DNA of 64,000 bases, from assembly GCA_902626045.1 (NCBI GenBank), contig CACODU010000001.1, positions 705-64,704 of the forward strand. The letters are read 5' to 3'. Made by a program: the position numbers and the translations under genes. This document shows, piece after piece, positions 61,355-64,000 of the stretch (position 1 is its first letter; each line of letters begins with the position of its first letter). Source of the stretch: an uncultured Pelagibacteraceae bacterium. GTDB lineage: Bacteria; Pseudomonadota; Alphaproteobacteria; Pelagibacterales; Pelagibacteraceae. The notes under the pieces are model-generated. The model searched no databases, had not been told where the DNA came from, and worked only from the letters and a program-made list of their open reading frames with translations.

Positions 61355-62205
61355 GTGGAAAAAAAAAGGGTTTAGGTCGAGGTTTATCAGCGCTCTTTGG
61401 TGATGAAAAACCTAAAAATCAACCGCAAGAAATAAAGCAATCAAATACTGTTTCTATAAGTGATTTAAGCCGAAATCCTTATCAGCCTAGGCAGCATTTT
61501 AGTGAGGAAAAGCTTGAGGAATTAGCAAATTCTATAAAAAAAAATGGGATTATACAACCAATAGCAGTGCGCCCAAGTAAATCGGAAAAAAGCAAATATG
61601 AAATTATAGCTGGAGAAAGAAGGTGGATCGCAGCTCAAAGAGCGGGACTTCATGAGATTCCAGTTACAATCTTAGATTTAAGTGATGTTGAGTCATTGGA
61701 AGTTGCTATAGTAGAAAATATCCAGAGAGATGATTTAAATCCTGTAGAAGAAGCGAGAGGTTATAAAAGACTGAACGAAGAATTTAAATATGATCATGAA
61801 AGTATTTCTAAACTAATGTCTAAAAGTAGAAGTCACATAAGCAACACCTTAAGGTTGTTAACTTTACCAAAAGACGTGATAGCAATGTTAGAGGAAGGCT
61901 CTCTAACTTCTGGACAAGCCAGACCACTTATTGGATTAGGTAACGCTTCATCAGTAGCTGAGGAAATTGTTGCTAAAAATTATAGTGCTCGTAAGGTTGA
62001 ATATTTAGTTAAAACAAAAAAAAATATATCTTCTAAAGTTAAATCATACGATGCAAATATTTTGAAAGCTCAAGAAAAAATCGAAAAAGCACTAGGTCTT
62101 AAAGTTTATATTTCAACTAAAAAAAACAATTCAGGTAAAATTACTATAGAATATAAGGACCTTGAACAATTTGAATTAATTTCAGATTTGTTAACTAAGC
62201 ATTAG
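61351..62205 (+). CDS. parB: Chromosome partitioning protein ParB
   Basis: LGRGLSAL, NPYQPR, IAGERRW, ENIQRDDLNPVEEA, KSRSHISNTLRLL. Confidence 0.97.
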   Translation: MSGKKKGLGRGLSALFGDEKPKNQPQEIKQSNTVSISDLSRNPYQPRQHFSEEKLEELANSIKKNGIIQPIAVRPSKSEKSKYEIIAGERRWIAAQRAGLHEIPVTILDLSDVESLEVAIVENIQRDDLNPVEEARGYKRLNEEFKYDHESISKLMSKSRSHISNTLRLLTLPKDVIAMLEEGSLTSGQARPLIGLGNASSVAEEIVAKNYSARKVEYLVKTKKNISSKVKSYDANILKAQEKIEKALGLKVYISTKKNNSGKITIEYKDLEQFELISDLLTKH

Positions 62206-63184
62206 CTAGATTACAAATGTCTATCAATAATTTTTTAATTAATATATTTTGATTAAATGATATTACTGACTTTAATTTTTTTTCTAAAGAGTAAGTATTT
62301 TTTAACATTTTAGTAATTTTATCTTTATCCCATTTATTTAATTGATTTAAAAACGCTGGTTTATCTTTCCAAAATATTGGAGGTTTAATTTTGTTCACAG
62401 CTTCCTCTTTTGAAAATTTTTTGTGCAATTTTTGTGTTTCCAACAATTTAAATAACCGTTGATTGATTAAACTTAAGTAGTATACACTTTTTTCATTTTC
62501 AATGTATGTATCACTAATTAATTTATTAACTAAATTTTTATTTCCCATTAAAGCCTGATTTTTCAATGTATTAAAGTTGTCGTTTTGCTTTATGTTTAGA
62601 AGTGCTTCCAATTTGTCTTTTTCTAGTTTCGAACCACAAAAGCAAGAAATAATTTTATTTAGCTCATTTTCTAGTTTTATTCGATCTAGATCGCAATTAT
62701 CTAAAATCAGATTTAGATTTTCTTGATTTAAACCTTCATAATTTTTTAATTTTTCATGAATTATTTTTTTCAATGTTATCTCATTATCAAGGTAACATGG
62801 CACTATCCCATGCTTGTTTGATTTTTCAAAAAAAGTTCTAAGCTTAGATTTTTTATCTAATATATCTGAAAAAAAATAAATTTTCCGATTATGTTTCTTT
62901 GTTTCTAAATATTCAATTATTTCTAAAATTTTATCATTAGAATTATTTATAAAAAAAATTTTTTCAGACTCAAAAAGTGAATTAGTAAAAACTTCGTTAT
63001 AAAATAGATCTTTATCTAATAAAATTGTTTCTTGGGAAAAATTCTGCACACTTGCATTTGAATAATTACTTTTGATCCTCTTTTTAAATTCATCTTTCAG
63101 ACCAAGATTTTCTCCATAAAAAAGCATGAATTCATTTTTAAAATTATCTAAATCCTTTTCAACTAAGTAACTTTTATAAATCAT
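62195..63184 (-). CDS. holA: DNA polymerase III delta subunit
   Basis: LFYGEN.GL, SLF, L.KKSKLR.FFE, PCY.D, NEL.K, PPIFWK; leuS-lptE-holA synteny. Confidence 0.88.
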   Translation of the reverse strand: MIYKSYLVEKDLDNFKNEFMLFYGENLGLKDEFKKRIKSNYSNASVQNFSQETILLDKDLFYNEVFTNSLFESEKIFFINNSNDKILEIIEYLETKKHNRKIYFFSDILDKKSKLRTFFEKSNKHGIVPCYLDNEITLKKIIHEKLKNYEGLNQENLNLILDNCDLDRIKLENELNKIISCFCGSKLEKDKLEALLNIKQNDNFNTLKNQALMGNKNLVNKLISDTYIENEKSVYYLSLINQRLFKLLETQKLHKKFSKEEAVNKIKPPIFWKDKPAFLNQLNKWDKDKITKMLKNTYSLEKKLKSVISFNQNILIKKLLIDICNLANA

Positions 63185-63634
63185 TTAATATTTACTTAAG
63201 GTTAAAACTATCATCTCTGATATTTCATTAGTTAAGTTCTCAACTAATTTTCTCTCACGTGAGAGAGTCTGTGAATATTGGTCATGTACTGAATACTCGC
63301 CAATTTCAGACAATATTATTTCATTTTCGCTGCCGTCAATATTAGATTTGACTGTAGTATCAATTTGTATCTGATACTTTGTAGGCTCATTTTTAATATT
63401 TTTTTCACTTATAGTTTTAATTTTTTTCGTGTCGATTTTTAATGAGATTGATGTATTTCCATCTGATTTTGAAGCACTCAGTAAATAGTTTTTAATCAAA
63501 TAATTTATACGTTTATCTCCAGCAGTTTTGACTTCAGAAATATAAAAATTTGTTGTATTTAAATTTTTTTCTAATTCAAATCCACATGCAGTAAATATTA
63601 AAAATAACAGGATTAAGTAAATTTTTTTATTCAT
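63185..63634 (-). CDS. lptE: LPS assembly lipoprotein LptE
   Basis: Lipobox FTA-CGF, position between leuS and holA. Confidence 0.8.
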   Translation of the reverse strand: MNKKIYLILLFLIFTACGFELEKNLNTTNFYISEVKTAGDKRINYLIKNYLLSASKSDGNTSISLKIDTKKIKTISEKNIKNEPTKYQIQIDTTVKSNIDGSENEIILSEIGEYSVHDQYSQTLSRERKLVENLTNEISEMIVLTLSKY

Positions 63635-64000
63635 TAATTTGAAATTATATAATTAATAATTTTATTTTTAACAAATATTGTTCGTATAACCTTTTTATCT
63701 AAAATATATTTTTTAGCTTTTGATTCTAACATAATTTTTTTATGGATTGTTTTTTCATCTATTTCACCCTTTATTTTAAGCACATCTCTAGTTTTTCCAT
63801 TTATTTGGACAGCAAAATCTATTTCTTCTATTATTTTGTTCTCCACCTTTGGCCAAGTATCAAAATTCTTACAACCAAAAAATTCTAAGGACTCATGGGA
63901 TAAATGTGGAGTGAATGGCATCATTAATTTATTTATATTAATTATATTTTCTGTGAAAGATTTGTTGCTTATATCATTAGCGAGATTGTTAATAAAATAT
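63634..64000 (-). CDS. leuS: Leucyl-tRNA synthetase, C-terminal part (5' end outside the window)
   Basis: Frame open to the window edge; PFTPH..HE, WP, AVQINGK.R, IFVKNKIIN. Confidence 0.9.
   Translation of the reverse strand, partial: YFINNLANDISNKSFTENIININKLMMPFTPHLSHESLEFFGCKNFDTWPKVENKIIEEIDFAVQINGKTRDVLKIKGEIDEKTIHKKIMLESKAKKYILDKKVIRTIFVKNKIINYIISN

Noticed and set aside
1-64000. CRISPR arrays, IS elements, prophage or defence genes, rRNA, riboswitches
   Set aside because: No repeat-spacer arrays, transposase/integrase motifs or recognisable riboswitch cores were seen by eye; a covariance-model search was not possible

Overview
Very AT-rich, almost gap-free core-genome segment of a streamlined alphaproteobacterium. 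Gene content, gene order and tiny intergenic spacers point to SAR11/Pelagibacterales (inference). From left to right it holds: a hydroxy-acid uptake/oxidation cluster (amidase, TRAP dctMQP, glyoxylate reductase, glcFED, aminotransferase, lldD); ccmCDEFGH; housekeeping genes (hspQ, ispZ, yccA, tas, argG, folD, mscS, hemCD); a coupled tsaD-EVE-acs operon followed by an ActP/VC_2705-like symporter; rpe-purH, tRNA-Gly and rho-hemJHE; the probable oriC in the hemE-ppsR gap (~41.5-41.8 kb); maf-aroE-coaE-dnaQ, secB, hslUV, hisBHAFE, ftsK, mnmEG-rsmG-parAB with parS sites inside rsmG; and holA-lptE-leuS. No mobile elements, CRISPR or rRNA were seen. The most unusual signals are: (1) acetyl-CoA synthetase with a 60-residue protamine/histone-H1-like N-terminal tail (43/60 K+R, 48/60 ANN codons) coupled to tsaD and an EVE protein; (2) a candidate small RNA hairpin with an anti-Shine-Dalgarno loop between hspQ and ccmC; (3) AT-shifted DnaA-box-like repeats at the origin; (4) recurrent leaderless-promoter geometry.
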